Shown here: piece after piece, positions 36,991-47,102 of the stretch | Numbering within the stretch: the stretch's first letter is position 1 | Layout: every line of letters starts with the position of its first letter | Assembly (NCBI GenBank): GCA_027623315.1 | Contig: JAQBYD010000006.1 | Location: 27,209-91,208, forward strand | DNA: 64,000 nt | From: Verrucomicrobiota bacterium | GTDB lineage: Bacteria > Verrucomicrobiota > Kiritimatiellia > CAJWTS01 | Reading direction: 5' to 3' | Notes under the pieces: model-generated | The model's input: the letters and a program-made list of their open reading frames with translations, nothing else | Databases searched by the model: none | Told to the model about the DNA's origin: nothing | Made by a program: the position numbers and the translations under genes

Positions 36991-38283
36991 ATGACTTTTA
37001 TTCCCGCACCCACAAAAGAAACGGTTATGGACGCGTATGGACCGGCCAAGGCTCGATACTCCGAGTTCGGCGTCGATGCAGATGCCGCGATCGATCAAGC
37101 GCTGGCGATTCCCATTTCGCTGCATTGCTGGCAGACCGATGATGTCGGGGGCTTGGAGAGCCTGAGTGCGGACATTTCCGGAGCCGGGATCATGGCGACC
37201 GGCAATTACCCCGGTAAAGCCCGCAGCGGCGATGAAGTTCGCGCGGATCTGGCCAAGGCGATCGAGTTGCTGCCCGGCGTGCAACGCGTGAACATCCACG
37301 CCAACTATGCCGAGTTGGAGGGCGATACGGTCGACCGCGACGAGTACGCCCCGAAGCACTTCGCCAAGTGGATAGCCTGGGCGAAAGAGCTGGGAATCGG
37401 TCTGGATTTTAATACGACCTTCTTTGCGCACCCGAAAGCGGACGACGGCTATACGCTATCGCATTCCGATCCGGCGATCCGCGACTTCTGGATTCGTCAC
37501 GGAATCACGTGCCGCCGCATCGCCGAGCAGATCGGTCGGGAACTGAAGAGCCCCTGTGTCCTGAACCACTGGATACCCGATGGCTGTAAGGACTATCCCG
37601 CGGACCGCTGGGCCGCGCGCCAGCGGCTTGTCGAAGCCTACGATGAGATGCTCGATGAACGACACGGGATCGACACCGCGCTGTGCATCGATGCGGTCGA
37701 GAGCAAGCTTTTCGGGATCGGCAGCGAAGAGTACGTCGTCGGATCGGCGGAGTTCTACAGCAACTATGCGTTGTCGCGCGATACGGTGCTGTGCCTGGAC
37801 ATGGGGCACTTTCACCCGACGGAGACCATCCACGACAAGATTTCAGCGCATCTAAGCTTCCACAAGAAGCTCTTGCTGCATACGAGCCGCCCGATTCGCT
37901 GGGACAGTGACCACGTCGTGGTCTTCAGCGACGACGTACGCAACGTGTTCCTTGAGATCGCGCGCGGGCACGCGTGGGATCGCACCATCATCGCACTCGA
38001 CTTCTTCGATGCCAGTATCAACCGCGTGGGGGCCTACGTGATCGGCACGCGCGCGACGCGCAAAGCGATTCTCTATGCGTTACTGGATCCGACGGCATCC
38101 CTGATCAGTCTCGAGAGTGCGGGCAAGAATGCGCAGCGTCTCGCGTTGATGGAAGAGTTCAAAACCATGCCGTTTGGCGCTGTGTGGGATATGGCCTGCG
38201 TCCGTTCAGGAGTCCCGCCGGCGTGCGGCTGGATTCTTCCCATGGAGTCCTATGAAGCAAAGATTCTCGGAGAGCGTTCGTAG
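36991..38283 (+). CDS. rhaA: L-rhamnose isomerase
   Basis: Start revised to ATG 36991 with AGGAG upstream. About 430 aa. Full-length similarity pattern to RhaA (IPISLHCWQ, VNIHANYAE, DMGHFHPTE metal-site region). Confidence 0.75.
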   Translation: MTFIPAPTKETVMDAYGPAKARYSEFGVDADAAIDQALAIPISLHCWQTDDVGGLESLSADISGAGIMATGNYPGKARSGDEVRADLAKAIELLPGVQRVNIHANYAELEGDTVDRDEYAPKHFAKWIAWAKELGIGLDFNTTFFAHPKADDGYTLSHSDPAIRDFWIRHGITCRRIAEQIGRELKSPCVLNHWIPDGCKDYPADRWAARQRLVEAYDEMLDERHGIDTALCIDAVESKLFGIGSEEYVVGSAEFYSNYALSRDTVLCLDMGHFHPTETIHDKISAHLSFHKKLLLHTSRPIRWDSDHVVVFSDDVRNVFLEIARGHAWDRTIIALDFFDASINRVGAYVIGTRATRKAILYALLDPTASLISLESAGKNAQRLALMEEFKTMPFGAVWDMACVRSGVPPACGWILPMESYEAKILGERS

Positions 38284-38292
38284 TCTGGTCGA

Positions 38293-41200
38293 ATGACGCA
38301 CCTGGCGAAAGAGGCCGCAGTGGACGGTTTGAGCCCTCACCCCCTTCGACGGCGAAACAGCCCGGGTGAGGCGACGTCGAATTACGCCAGGGCGCATGGT
38401 CTTGTGTTTGCCATGGCGCTGGTCGCGGCGTCGATTCGTGCCGAGGACGAGGGTTTTCGGATGAATCCGCGTGCGGTCATGCCGGCCGGTTGGGAAGCGT
38501 TGGCCGCCGAACCTTATGATTCCGGTGAATGGGCCGGGCCCGAACGCGACCGTCAGCCCGGCCGCACGCAGCAGCGGCTTCTCTATAGTTTCGAAAATCG
38601 TGAAGCTGGGAGTGAGGTCCTGAATCCAGGCGGTGAGCGCGTCGTGGTCACGATTTCTTCCGAGCACGCCGTGACCCACGGGGAGAGCGCTGCACGGGTC
38701 ATCGCCCCCAAGGGTCGAGACTACTCCGAACTCGTCTTCGGTGCGGAGGAGATCAGGGACTGGGCCGACTTCGATTATCTCGCCGTCGATCTCTACAATC
38801 CCGAAGATCACGCGCACTCGATACAGTTCGAGCTGTGGGACGACGCCACCGAAGATTATTACGGTCGCTACACCGTAGGTACGCGCACGCGCAAGGGGAT
38901 TCAGACGCTCCTATTCCCCATTCACCACGCCAGGCGCAACGGAAAACAGGGCATGATATGGAGTGAGCTGCGTCCCGAGGACAAGATCGATAAGAACCGG
39001 CTGCGTGTCGCCAAGCTCTTTTTCCAGACGCGCAAGGACCGCGGCGCCGTCTTCTGGATCGACAACATCCGCTTGCTGCAGGAGGACGCCGCGATGCCGA
39101 AGATAGCCGTAGAGCTTCCCGGTGCCGTGGTGGCGGCCTACGACTTCGGGGCGCCCGGGACAGCGGCTCGCGGATTTTCGCCGGTCTCACACGCTGATCG
39201 TTACGAGGGCCGCTACGGATTCACCGGGAGGGTGGCGCTCGAGGATGGCGGGCGCGGATGGCCGGATCCGCTCAGCGGCACCTTCGTCCGCCCGACCGGC
39301 AGCGGCCTGATGCAGTTCAGTGCGACCATCGCCAAGGGCGGCTACCAGGTGTGGCTGTGCGGTGGGCCGATCATCAGTCATCGGAACCCGGACACGCGCT
39401 ATCTTCTGAAGCTGAACGACGAGGTCATCTATGAAGATGATCCTGCGCCCGAGGTATTTGACGGCGAGACCTACCTGCATCGGTTTATGTGGACGCAGTA
39501 CTCGGCGCGCCCGCACGCGCTGTGGCTTGATTACATCCAACCGATGTACCCGGTGTTCAAGCGGAAGATCAAAGTCACCGATGGATTGCTGAAGCTGGAT
39601 ACGCGCAACTTCTTCGTCTCGTCAATCATCGTCGTTTCGGATAAGTCCGAGGCCGACTTCAACAGAATGAGCGCTCGCCTGGTGCAGCGCCGGGTGCGTG
39701 CCTTCGAACACGCCACCACGCCGCCCGAACCCCAGGCGCGTCCGGCTTGGGCGGGCTCGTCGGACTTTACGCTGTACGTGCCCCTCGCCGACAGCAAGAT
39801 GGGGCCGCGTGCGCGGCCGAACGAAGCGGAGCGCGTTGCGCCGCGCTTGCGGGGCTCTGGCGCGCGCGGGCAGAATGTATTCGTGAGATTGGCCCTGCTG
39901 CCGCACGTGGATCTCGGCCGTTGCTCGTTGCGCCTGGGTGATTTGCGAGGCGCGGGCGGCCGGCGTATTCCAATCGAAGCCATGCGGGGGCACGTCACAA
40001 ACTGGCGATACGGCGAGCGGCACACGTCGGAGATGGCGCTGTTGCCGACGCATTCGCTTTGGGGTGAGGCCGGCGTGACGCAGTGTTTCTGGCTCTGGGT
40101 GAAGATCCCGGATGATGCGGTCGCAGGGGTCTACAGCGGAATCGTATCGTTCGACCAGGATCGCGTCGCGACTTCCGGGGCCGCGGTTACACCCAATCCT
40201 CCCGCGGTTCCGCTGGAAATCGAAGTCTTCCCGTTTCGTCTCGAGCCGAAGCTGCCGCTCGCGTTGGGCATGTACTACGCAGGCCGTCAATATCCGCGTC
40301 CCTCGCCCGCAGACGCACGCATCGCGATGCGCGCACAGATGAAGTGGATGCGTGGCCTGGGATTCACGGCGTCCAGTATCCCGGCTCCGATTGAGCTGAC
40401 GGGATTGGATATACGCGCCGGCAAGGCGCAGATGCGGTTCGATCCGGAGCCTTTCCAGATCGCGATGGAGGAAGGGCTCGGGCAGTTGCCGCAGCAGACG
40501 TTCGTGGTCAGCCAACTTGGCCTCGCGCGCGGCCTCGCGCGCAAGCTCCCCCAGATCAGTGGAGCGGCCGTGGACCACGATCCGGGGGTGGAACTTCGCC
40601 AACCAGAGTTCAAGGGGCTTTGGCGTCACGCGCTTGGCCAGTACAAGGCGTTTCTAGAGGCCTACAAGATTCCATATGCCATGGAGATTGTGGATGAGCC
40701 GCGAGAGGTCCCGAACCCTTGGAACCGTAATCTGGCCGACACGATGATCTATGGAAAGTGGCTCGGTGAGCTGAAGCTGAACCGGTTTGTGACGCTAATG
40801 TCGGACTATAATGACGGCGTCGACTACAGTCGCGTGGTGGAGCAGGCTGACATCGTATCCATCCACGGCCACAAGGGCGCTCCGCGTATCTTCGGCAGGG
40901 CACGCGTGCTGGGGCGTCGTACTTGGTTTTACAATATTGGGATGAGCCGCCGGGACTGGGGCTTCTACCCCTGGGCGTACGACGCGACAGGGCGCTTCGA
41001 GTGGCACTGGTGCTTTGTGGATGGATGGAAGGTCGCACGCGGCGGATATCCGGGACGTGAGTGGCATAATCCGTTTACGCCGATGGAGGCGTCGGCGCCG
41101 AATGCGCCAATCTCCGTAGAAAATCCAGGAGGCTTCGTCTACACGTCGGCATTGCTTAACGCGTCGGAGGGGATCGCCGACTTCGCGTACCTGGTGACTC

Positions 41201-41367
41201 TGCAGCGACTGATCATCGCGAGCAGCGGCGACGATGAGAAGCAGGATGCGGCGCAGGCGGCGCGTGAGTTGCTGCAGGCGTTGCGCACCGAGATTCGCGC
41301 GGGAAAACCAGTCGACCTGGATCGTCGTCGCCGAGATCTCGCCGAGCGGATCATCGCGCTGCAGTAA
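38293..41367 (+). CDS. Large hypothetical protein (1024 aa), possibly a carbohydrate-active enzyme
   Basis: Long ORF with protein-like composition. No motif I can assign with confidence. The C-terminal region WFYNIGMSRRDWGFYPWAYDATGRFEWHWCF is vaguely reminiscent of DUF4091/GH-like folds. Confidence 0.45.
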   Translation: MTHLAKEAAVDGLSPHPLRRRNSPGEATSNYARAHGLVFAMALVAASIRAEDEGFRMNPRAVMPAGWEALAAEPYDSGEWAGPERDRQPGRTQQRLLYSFENREAGSEVLNPGGERVVVTISSEHAVTHGESAARVIAPKGRDYSELVFGAEEIRDWADFDYLAVDLYNPEDHAHSIQFELWDDATEDYYGRYTVGTRTRKGIQTLLFPIHHARRNGKQGMIWSELRPEDKIDKNRLRVAKLFFQTRKDRGAVFWIDNIRLLQEDAAMPKIAVELPGAVVAAYDFGAPGTAARGFSPVSHADRYEGRYGFTGRVALEDGGRGWPDPLSGTFVRPTGSGLMQFSATIAKGGYQVWLCGGPIISHRNPDTRYLLKLNDEVIYEDDPAPEVFDGETYLHRFMWTQYSARPHALWLDYIQPMYPVFKRKIKVTDGLLKLDTRNFFVSSIIVVSDKSEADFNRMSARLVQRRVRAFEHATTPPEPQARPAWAGSSDFTLYVPLADSKMGPRARPNEAERVAPRLRGSGARGQNVFVRLALLPHVDLGRCSLRLGDLRGAGGRRIPIEAMRGHVTNWRYGERHTSEMALLPTHSLWGEAGVTQCFWLWVKIPDDAVAGVYSGIVSFDQDRVATSGAAVTPNPPAVPLEIEVFPFRLEPKLPLALGMYYAGRQYPRPSPADARIAMRAQMKWMRGLGFTASSIPAPIELTGLDIRAGKAQMRFDPEPFQIAMEEGLGQLPQQTFVVSQLGLARGLARKLPQISGAAVDHDPGVELRQPEFKGLWRHALGQYKAFLEAYKIPYAMEIVDEPREVPNPWNRNLADTMIYGKWLGELKLNRFVTLMSDYNDGVDYSRVVEQADIVSIHGHKGAPRIFGRARVLGRRTWFYNIGMSRRDWGFYPWAYDATGRFEWHWCFVDGWKVARGGYPGREWHNPFTPMEASAPNAPISVENPGGFVYTSALLNASEGIADFAYLVTLQRLIIASSGDDEKQDAAQAARELLQALRTEIRAGKPVDLDRRRRDLAERIIALQ

Positions 41368-42516
41368 CTACGGGTCCAATGCAATCGAACGCAGCGCGTC
41401 AACCGTTGCGGCGGCGGTTTTCTGCCAGCTGAAGCCGCGTGCGCGCTCGCGGGCAGCGGAGACGATCGCGTCGAGTTGTGCGGGGGCCATATCGAGTACC
41501 GTGTTGAGCATCCGCTCGAGATCTCCCGGGGTGTTTGGGTCAAAGTAGGTGATCGAGTCGCCGCCGACTTCGGGGATGGATGCTTCTCGCGCCGCGATCA
41601 CGGGCGTCCCCGCGGTCATGGCTTCGAGCACGGGTAACCCGAATCCTTCATAGAGGGACGGAAACGCGAAAAGCGCCGCGCCCTGGTAGAGCAGAACGAG
41701 GTCCTCGAACGCTACGTCCGAAAGCCGGACGACGCGGTCGGTATGCTTCGCGTTTCGCAACGCCTCTTGCAGCCGGGGCTCGCCCAGTCGCGCTTTGCCG
41801 ACGATGACCAGGCGGTGTTCGCGCGACTCGCAGATCGCATCGAATGCCTCGACGAGGGCGTGCAGGTTCTTGTGGGGATAGCTGTGTCCGATCGTCAGGA
41901 CATAGGGCCCCGCTCCGTTCAGCAGAGCAGCGAGGCGAGTTGAGCTTCCCGGCCCTGCTGGCGGTGTTGCCGCGAACGCCGGGTCGGCCGCTTCGGGGGT
42001 GACGCGCAACCTGTCCGGATTCGCGCCGGTGAACTGCGCTACCTCCTGGCGGGCAAACTTCGAGGGTGTCAGGATGACTTTGCAACGCCGTACCCCGGCC
42101 TGCACGAGGAGGTGTGTCGTGAGGCGTGCCAGCCAGGTGAGGTCCTCGGGAAATCGCTTGTACTGCATGTCATGAATGGTGAGTACCTGGGGGCATGGCG
42201 CCATCACCGCCGCCGTGTATCCGGGTGACCACAAGATGTCGCATCCCGATTTCGTGACGCGTCGCGGCAGCTCGGTCTGTTCGCGGATAATCCGGGCGTA
42301 GCGGTTGGTTGCCCTGAAGTTCAGGCGCTCGAAACGGGTTTCGGTGTAATCGGAGAGGAGTTCTCGCATCGAGGCATCGTTCTCGAGATTCGTAAAGAGG
42401 GTGAGGCGGATATCGGAATGATGCTTTGCGATGGCACGTACCGTTTCGCGGAAATAGGTTTCCGAACCGCCGACTTCGCCGGGGATCAGGAAGAGTGTGT
42501 TGATTGCGAGGTGCAT
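41368..42516 (-). CDS. Family 4 glycosyltransferase (GT-B, retaining)
   Basis: 382 aa. C-terminal E-x7-E motif region FAFPSLYEGFGLPVLEAMTAGTPVIA. Confidence 0.8.
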   Translation of the reverse strand: MHLAINTLFLIPGEVGGSETYFRETVRAIAKHHSDIRLTLFTNLENDASMRELLSDYTETRFERLNFRATNRYARIIREQTELPRRVTKSGCDILWSPGYTAAVMAPCPQVLTIHDMQYKRFPEDLTWLARLTTHLLVQAGVRRCKVILTPSKFARQEVAQFTGANPDRLRVTPEAADPAFAATPPAGPGSSTRLAALLNGAGPYVLTIGHSYPHKNLHALVEAFDAICESREHRLVIVGKARLGEPRLQEALRNAKHTDRVVRLSDVAFEDLVLLYQGAALFAFPSLYEGFGLPVLEAMTAGTPVIAAREASIPEVGGDSITYFDPNTPGDLERMLNTVLDMAPAQLDAIVSAARERARGFSWQKTAAATVDALRSIALDP

Positions 42517-42525
42517 CTCACGCGT

Positions 42526-43320
42526 TCACTCCCCATTCCTCCGCAGCCACTGCATTGCCGAGTACGAACCGACGATGCCCCACCAGACGCCGGTATGCAG
42601 AAACGCCTGCGGGCTGAACGCCCCGGAATCGGCCCGGGCGACGTCCCACTCTTCCCTGAATTGCGTGCAAAACTGTTGTCCGCTGATCGATTGTTTGTGC
42701 CAGCGGAATGATGCAAGCGCAGGTGCTTCGATGCGTACGGCACCCCCGTATCGCCACAATCGCAGCCACAAGTCGTAATCCCAGGCGGCGGTCAGGTCTT
42801 CGCGAAGCGGCCCGGCCACGTCGTAGGCGGCCCTTCGGAAGAACGTGGCCGGCTGCGAGATATAGTTGATGCATTGGATCGTGAAGCGCCCGGAGATTGG
42901 GAAGAAGCACTCCTTGAAGCGGGTGATTCCGCGCCGGATCTCTCGTTCCTGCTCGTCGATGATGGGGCAGTGACCGAAGGAAAGTGCGCGGTCGGGATGC
43001 GACTGCATGGTCCGCGCGACGCGCGTGAGCGCTCCAGGTGCCAGCAGGTCATCCGCGTTCAGCCAACACAGAATCTCGCCCGAAGCGCGCGACAAACCCT
43101 TGTTGATCGCGTCGGCCGGGCCACTATCCGGTTCGCTGACGAATTCGCTAATCTGATCGCGGTGCCGCTCGACGATCGCGTGCGACTCGTCCGAGCTTCC
43201 CCCGTCGATCACGATATGCTCGATGTCGAGATCTTCGGACCGTTGGGCCCCAACGCTCTGAAGGCACTGCTCCAGGAAGCGAGCGCCGTTGTAGTTCGGC
43301 GTGATCACACTGATTTTCAT
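42526..43320 (-). CDS. Family 2 glycosyltransferase
   Basis: 264 aa. ISVITPNYNGARFLEQCLQSV...HIVIDGGSSD and LNADD (DxD). Confidence 0.8.
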   Translation of the reverse strand: MKISVITPNYNGARFLEQCLQSVGAQRSEDLDIEHIVIDGGSSDESHAIVERHRDQISEFVSEPDSGPADAINKGLSRASGEILCWLNADDLLAPGALTRVARTMQSHPDRALSFGHCPIIDEQEREIRRGITRFKECFFPISGRFTIQCINYISQPATFFRRAAYDVAGPLREDLTAAWDYDLWLRLWRYGGAVRIEAPALASFRWHKQSISGQQFCTQFREEWDVARADSGAFSPQAFLHTGVWWGIVGSYSAMQWLRRNGE

Positions 43321-44522
43321 ATGTTAAGCTCTGCCAGCTCGTCGTCCGTCGCTCCCATGTGGCTCATCGCCGCAGCGATAATGTGCCTGCCGAGCGCATC
43401 GGGGGCAAGATGCCGGTCGAACGCGGTCTGGTTCTTGAGACGAATCTCCGCCCATCGCGAATCGGTAATCGAGGCGAGGAGATCCGGGATCTCGCGCCAT
43501 TCGCCCTCCGTGAACCAGATCTCAAAATCGTCCAGGCCGCAGTAGGGCATGAACTTCGGGCGGTCCATAAGGATGGGCGTGCCGCATACCATGGAGAGAA
43601 AACAGATCTCGCGCCAGCCCCAGTGCTTTCCGACGGCGTGAACATTTAGCCTGGACGATGCAAGCATCTGCTCGAAAGGCTCTTCGAAGGTCGCGCGTGA
43701 TTGAAGTAACGGCTCCGCGCGCCGCCACGATTCCGGTGAAAGCTGGTCGCGCAGCCATGCACGGTCGTAGTCATCGGTCACCTCGTTCAGTTCCCGTTCG
43801 ACGCGCCGATCGTCCGTGAGTGCCTCGACCACGTCGTGGAGCTGGGCCCGGTGTGCGGGTGAGGCCCAGAAGGTGTCCCGGACCACGATGTCGTATCGGA
43901 TCGGCAGGGAGCGATACGATTCGACCAAACGGTACCGAAGGTCGAAGCGCCTGTGTTCGGCATCACCGAGCGTAATCGTACGCGATCCCCGGCGCATGCT
44001 CCGCGCAAGAAGTCGTGACTTGAGCCACGATCCGAAATTCCGCCTATGCCGTGGAAAGTCGAGGGACATAGGCATGGGAATATAGGGCTGGACTTTACTG
44101 AACCACGCTCCGCAACTTTCGAGCGTGCTCTCGAAGCGACTCCTGAGCGTATCGACGGATTCCGTGTTCTGCCATGAATAGGGCTCGGGAAACTGCCGAT
44201 CATGGAACATCGAGGGATGATACGCGCTGCACAGGTAGAGGTCGACGTGCTGCATCGCCGGGGAGACAAAGAAAAAGCCTTCCGCAACGTCGACGATCAG
44301 AGTGCAGCGTCGCCCCTCCCATTCCACGACGATGAGACCGTGGCAACCGCGCAGAGACGAATCGATGTCGGGCGGCATGCCAAAATCGGGGGCGTCATCG
44401 GTGGCGATCTGCTTGAGCGGGATCCCGCGCCCCGCGGCGGCACGCGCGAGAGCATACTTGCTGTACCACGCGAGGCGTCCGGTCTCTCCGACCCAGGTAA
44501 TCGTTGGTGTCGATGACCGCAT
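43317..44522 (-). CDS. Hypothetical protein within the glycan locus (401 aa)
   Basis: Overlaps neighbours by 4 nt (operon context). No recognisable motif. Confidence 0.45.
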   Translation of the reverse strand: MRSSTPTITWVGETGRLAWYSKYALARAAAGRGIPLKQIATDDAPDFGMPPDIDSSLRGCHGLIVVEWEGRRCTLIVDVAEGFFFVSPAMQHVDLYLCSAYHPSMFHDRQFPEPYSWQNTESVDTLRSRFESTLESCGAWFSKVQPYIPMPMSLDFPRHRRNFGSWLKSRLLARSMRRGSRTITLGDAEHRRFDLRYRLVESYRSLPIRYDIVVRDTFWASPAHRAQLHDVVEALTDDRRVERELNEVTDDYDRAWLRDQLSPESWRRAEPLLQSRATFEEPFEQMLASSRLNVHAVGKHWGWREICFLSMVCGTPILMDRPKFMPYCGLDDFEIWFTEGEWREIPDLLASITDSRWAEIRLKNQTAFDRHLAPDALGRHIIAAAMSHMGATDDELAELNI

Positions 44523-44535
44523 GGCGATCAGCCGT

Positions 44536-45126
44536 TCAGCGTTGCCGACCGCCCTTGAACTGTCGGGTCAAGTTGCGCGCCGTGGATTTGACGCGGCTTA
44601 CCAGATCGGAGCGTCGTTGATTCGCGTGCGGAAACGGGTCCTCCGGAACGGGAAGATCGAGAAATGGGCACAGCTCGTCCCAGCCGTCTCCCGTCGTGAG
44701 GTTCAGCTCCAGAAGGTCGTCCGGTCGGTCCCGAAAGTAGCGATTCACATCGTCGTGGTGGCGGTGGTACGCAGCGGTAAATTTCTCCCGGTCGAAATAG
44801 ACGCTCTCGTAAAGCATCATACGACGCATCATGACGACGTCTTCTGCTTGTTCGTCGATCAGGTCGGTATGCATGTACTCGATCGATGCGAGCCACGCTT
44901 CCAGGTCGCGCATGAGAAGGATGAACTTTGATCCGGGAAAGCGGACGTCGAGATACTTGTAGAAAATGGTGCATCCGTTATCGGCTGCCCCGTCCAGATC
45001 TTTGAGTTCCTCGAAGGGCGGATTGTGCCGGACATTCTGGTAGCCCAGAATCTCCAGTGCCTTGCAAAAGGAATTGGTTCCTGTGCGTCCTAACCCAATG
45101 GCCCACGCCTTGTGTTTGATGCTCAT
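44536..45126 (-). CDS. Sulfotransferase family protein
   Basis: 196 aa. P-loop-like PAPS 5'-phosphate binding motif IGLGRTGTNSF. Size and motif fit bacterial Stf/Sulfotransfer_3-like enzymes. Confidence 0.6.
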   Translation of the reverse strand: MSIKHKAWAIGLGRTGTNSFCKALEILGYQNVRHNPPFEELKDLDGAADNGCTIFYKYLDVRFPGSKFILLMRDLEAWLASIEYMHTDLIDEQAEDVVMMRRMMLYESVYFDREKFTAAYHRHHDDVNRYFRDRPDDLLELNLTTGDGWDELCPFLDLPVPEDPFPHANQRRSDLVSRVKSTARNLTRQFKGGRQR

Positions 45127-46034
45127 TTTCGCTCTCCTGCCGCGTCCCGGGATTTCTTTTCGTCCGCAGCCAATCGCGACCAGACGCCGGCGTGATAGCT
45201 AACGCGGGCGTCGATCACGAACGGAAGGTACAAAATATACCTTGGATTGGCGCGCATAAACTCGGGGATCAGCGCCAATGAGACGATGAATGCGTAGGGC
45301 AGAATAAGAACCCAGTAGAAGCCGGGGTGTCGGAGCAAGATGGAGAGTTTCGCCAGCGCAGACATTTGGTCGCGGTGACGTGTCTGAACGATGAGACCCG
45401 AGCGAAAGCCGAAGTCCCACGCTGAGCGCATGATGCTTCGGTAGCGGTCGCGACCGTGATGATGGCGCACGGTGACGGCCGGCTCGAAGAGTGTGGCCCA
45501 GCCGCAGGCGTGCAAGCGGAAACAGAACTCCCAATCCTCCGATGCGCGCAGATCTTCGTCGAACCCGCCCGCTTCATCAAATGCCCTGCGCCGCACCGCC
45601 AGGGCCGCGGAGCCGAGATCCCGTCGGCCTCGCGTGACGAACTGGTATGGCGCGAATAGGGAAAAGTCCGCGCAACGGGACCAGAAGCCGGGAGGTCCGA
45701 CGACGCGGCAACCGACCGCACCCACATCGTCGGCATCATCCAGTGCCGCCGTGAGCGCGGCCGACCAGCCGTCGGGAACGACGCAGTCGTCGTCGACGAA
45801 ACAGATCGTCTCACCTTGGGCTGCCGCGACGCCCAGGTTGCGCATACGCCCGGGCGGGTAGACCGTATCGGTCTCGACAACGACAATCACGGCGCGGGTC
45901 TCGGGATCAAGCTCATCCGAGTATGGTGTAACGATCACGATCTCCTGCTCGACGCCTGCGTTTCCGGCGATCAACGACGCAACCGTCTGGCCAACCCGGC
46001 CGGGGCGGGTGGTGGGTATAATGACGCTGATCAC
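45123..46034 (-). CDS. Family 2 glycosyltransferase
   Basis: 303 aa. ISVIIPTTRPG..., FVDDDCVV (DxD), EDWEF. Confidence 0.8.
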   Translation of the reverse strand: MISVIIPTTRPGRVGQTVASLIAGNAGVEQEIVIVTPYSDELDPETRAVIVVVETDTVYPPGRMRNLGVAAAQGETICFVDDDCVVPDGWSAALTAALDDADDVGAVGCRVVGPPGFWSRCADFSLFAPYQFVTRGRRDLGSAALAVRRRAFDEAGGFDEDLRASEDWEFCFRLHACGWATLFEPAVTVRHHHGRDRYRSIMRSAWDFGFRSGLIVQTRHRDQMSALAKLSILLRHPGFYWVLILPYAFIVSLALIPEFMRANPRYILYLPFVIDARVSYHAGVWSRLAADEKKSRDAAGERK

Positions 46035-46050
46035 GGTAGACGCTTCAGGT

Positions 46051-47094
46051 TTACTCCGGAGACACCGCCGGAGCAGCCGCGCCGACGGTAGCGTGTTTTA
46101 CGAACGCGGCGGCGAGGGCAAGGCGCCGGCCCCGTGATGTCTCGACCTGCGGCGCGATTCTCGAATTGCTGTAGGCTGCGAGAATGTCGCGACCCAACGC
46201 AAGATTGTGAAAGCAGAGGCGGTACCACGCATCCGCGAGTTGCTGGTCAAACGCTGGTCCTGACTCCCCGGAGACATTCTTGCGCACCGTGATGAGGCGG
46301 CGCAGATGGGTTGTCGCCGCTTCGAATTCTTCGCGTGTCTTACATCGGTATCCCGGTCCCCGGCCCACGCGGCGGTGCCACAGCGCATCGTCGCCGGTCG
46401 GCCGTAGGCCCAGGCGCTCCAACTGGCGCTGATGAATTCGCGTGGCCTGGGTGTCCATTTCCGAACCGTCGCCCGTTGTCATGCTTCCGGCTCGAACGCG
46501 ATATGCGAGCAAGACGGCGGGGATGTTTGCGCATCGCACCTGGGGCACCAGGCGGTCCCAGAGGTCGTAGTCTTCAGCAGGGCAGAAACTCCCATCGTAA
46601 CGCATGCTATTCGGGTCAAGCGTTGCGCTCCTCCACATGACGCCAGGGTGGACAAACGGGCAGTCGAAGTAGACCGCCGCCTGGATGGCCGCATGGCTGA
46701 CGGGTGGCCGCAGTTGCGACGGTCTGCCGAGTCCGAAGGTGCGGGCCCAGGTTCCACAGAGCGCCACGTCGGGGTTCGCGTCCATAAAGGCGACTTGCTC
46801 GGCGAGGCGGCCGGGCAGGCTCACGTCGTCGGCATCCATACGGGCGACCAGGTCGCCCGTCGCCGCCCCGATGCCGTGATTCAGGGCACCGGCGAAGTGC
46901 ATCCGTGCTTCCGGTCGGAGCAGGCGAATGCGCGTGTCCTCGTAGGCCGCGACGATGGCGGCGCTGTCGTCGTCAGAGCGATCGTCAATGACCAGCAGTT
47001 CCCACTGCTGGTGCGTCTGCGCGAGGATGCTGTTGACCGCATCGCGCACGGTCTCGTGCGCGTTGCGCATCGGCATGATGATGGAGACTTGCAT
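46051..47094 (-). CDS. Family 2 glycosyltransferase
   Basis: The track ORF extends to 47517, but its N-terminal 141 aa are Arg/Pro-rich junk. ATG at 47094 gives MQVSIIMPMRNAHETVRDAVNSILAQT...LLVIDDRSDDDS...RMDADD, a canonical GT2. Confidence 0.75.
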   Translation of the reverse strand: MQVSIIMPMRNAHETVRDAVNSILAQTHQQWELLVIDDRSDDDSAAIVAAYEDTRIRLLRPEARMHFAGALNHGIGAATGDLVARMDADDVSLPGRLAEQVAFMDANPDVALCGTWARTFGLGRPSQLRPPVSHAAIQAAVYFDCPFVHPGVMWRSATLDPNSMRYDGSFCPAEDYDLWDRLVPQVRCANIPAVLLAYRVRAGSMTTGDGSEMDTQATRIHQRQLERLGLRPTGDDALWHRRVGRGPGYRCKTREEFEAATTHLRRLITVRKNVSGESGPAFDQQLADAWYRLCFHNLALGRDILAAYSNSRIAPQVETSRGRRLALAAAFVKHATVGAAAPAVSPE

Positions 47095-47102
47095 GGATCG
47101 GA

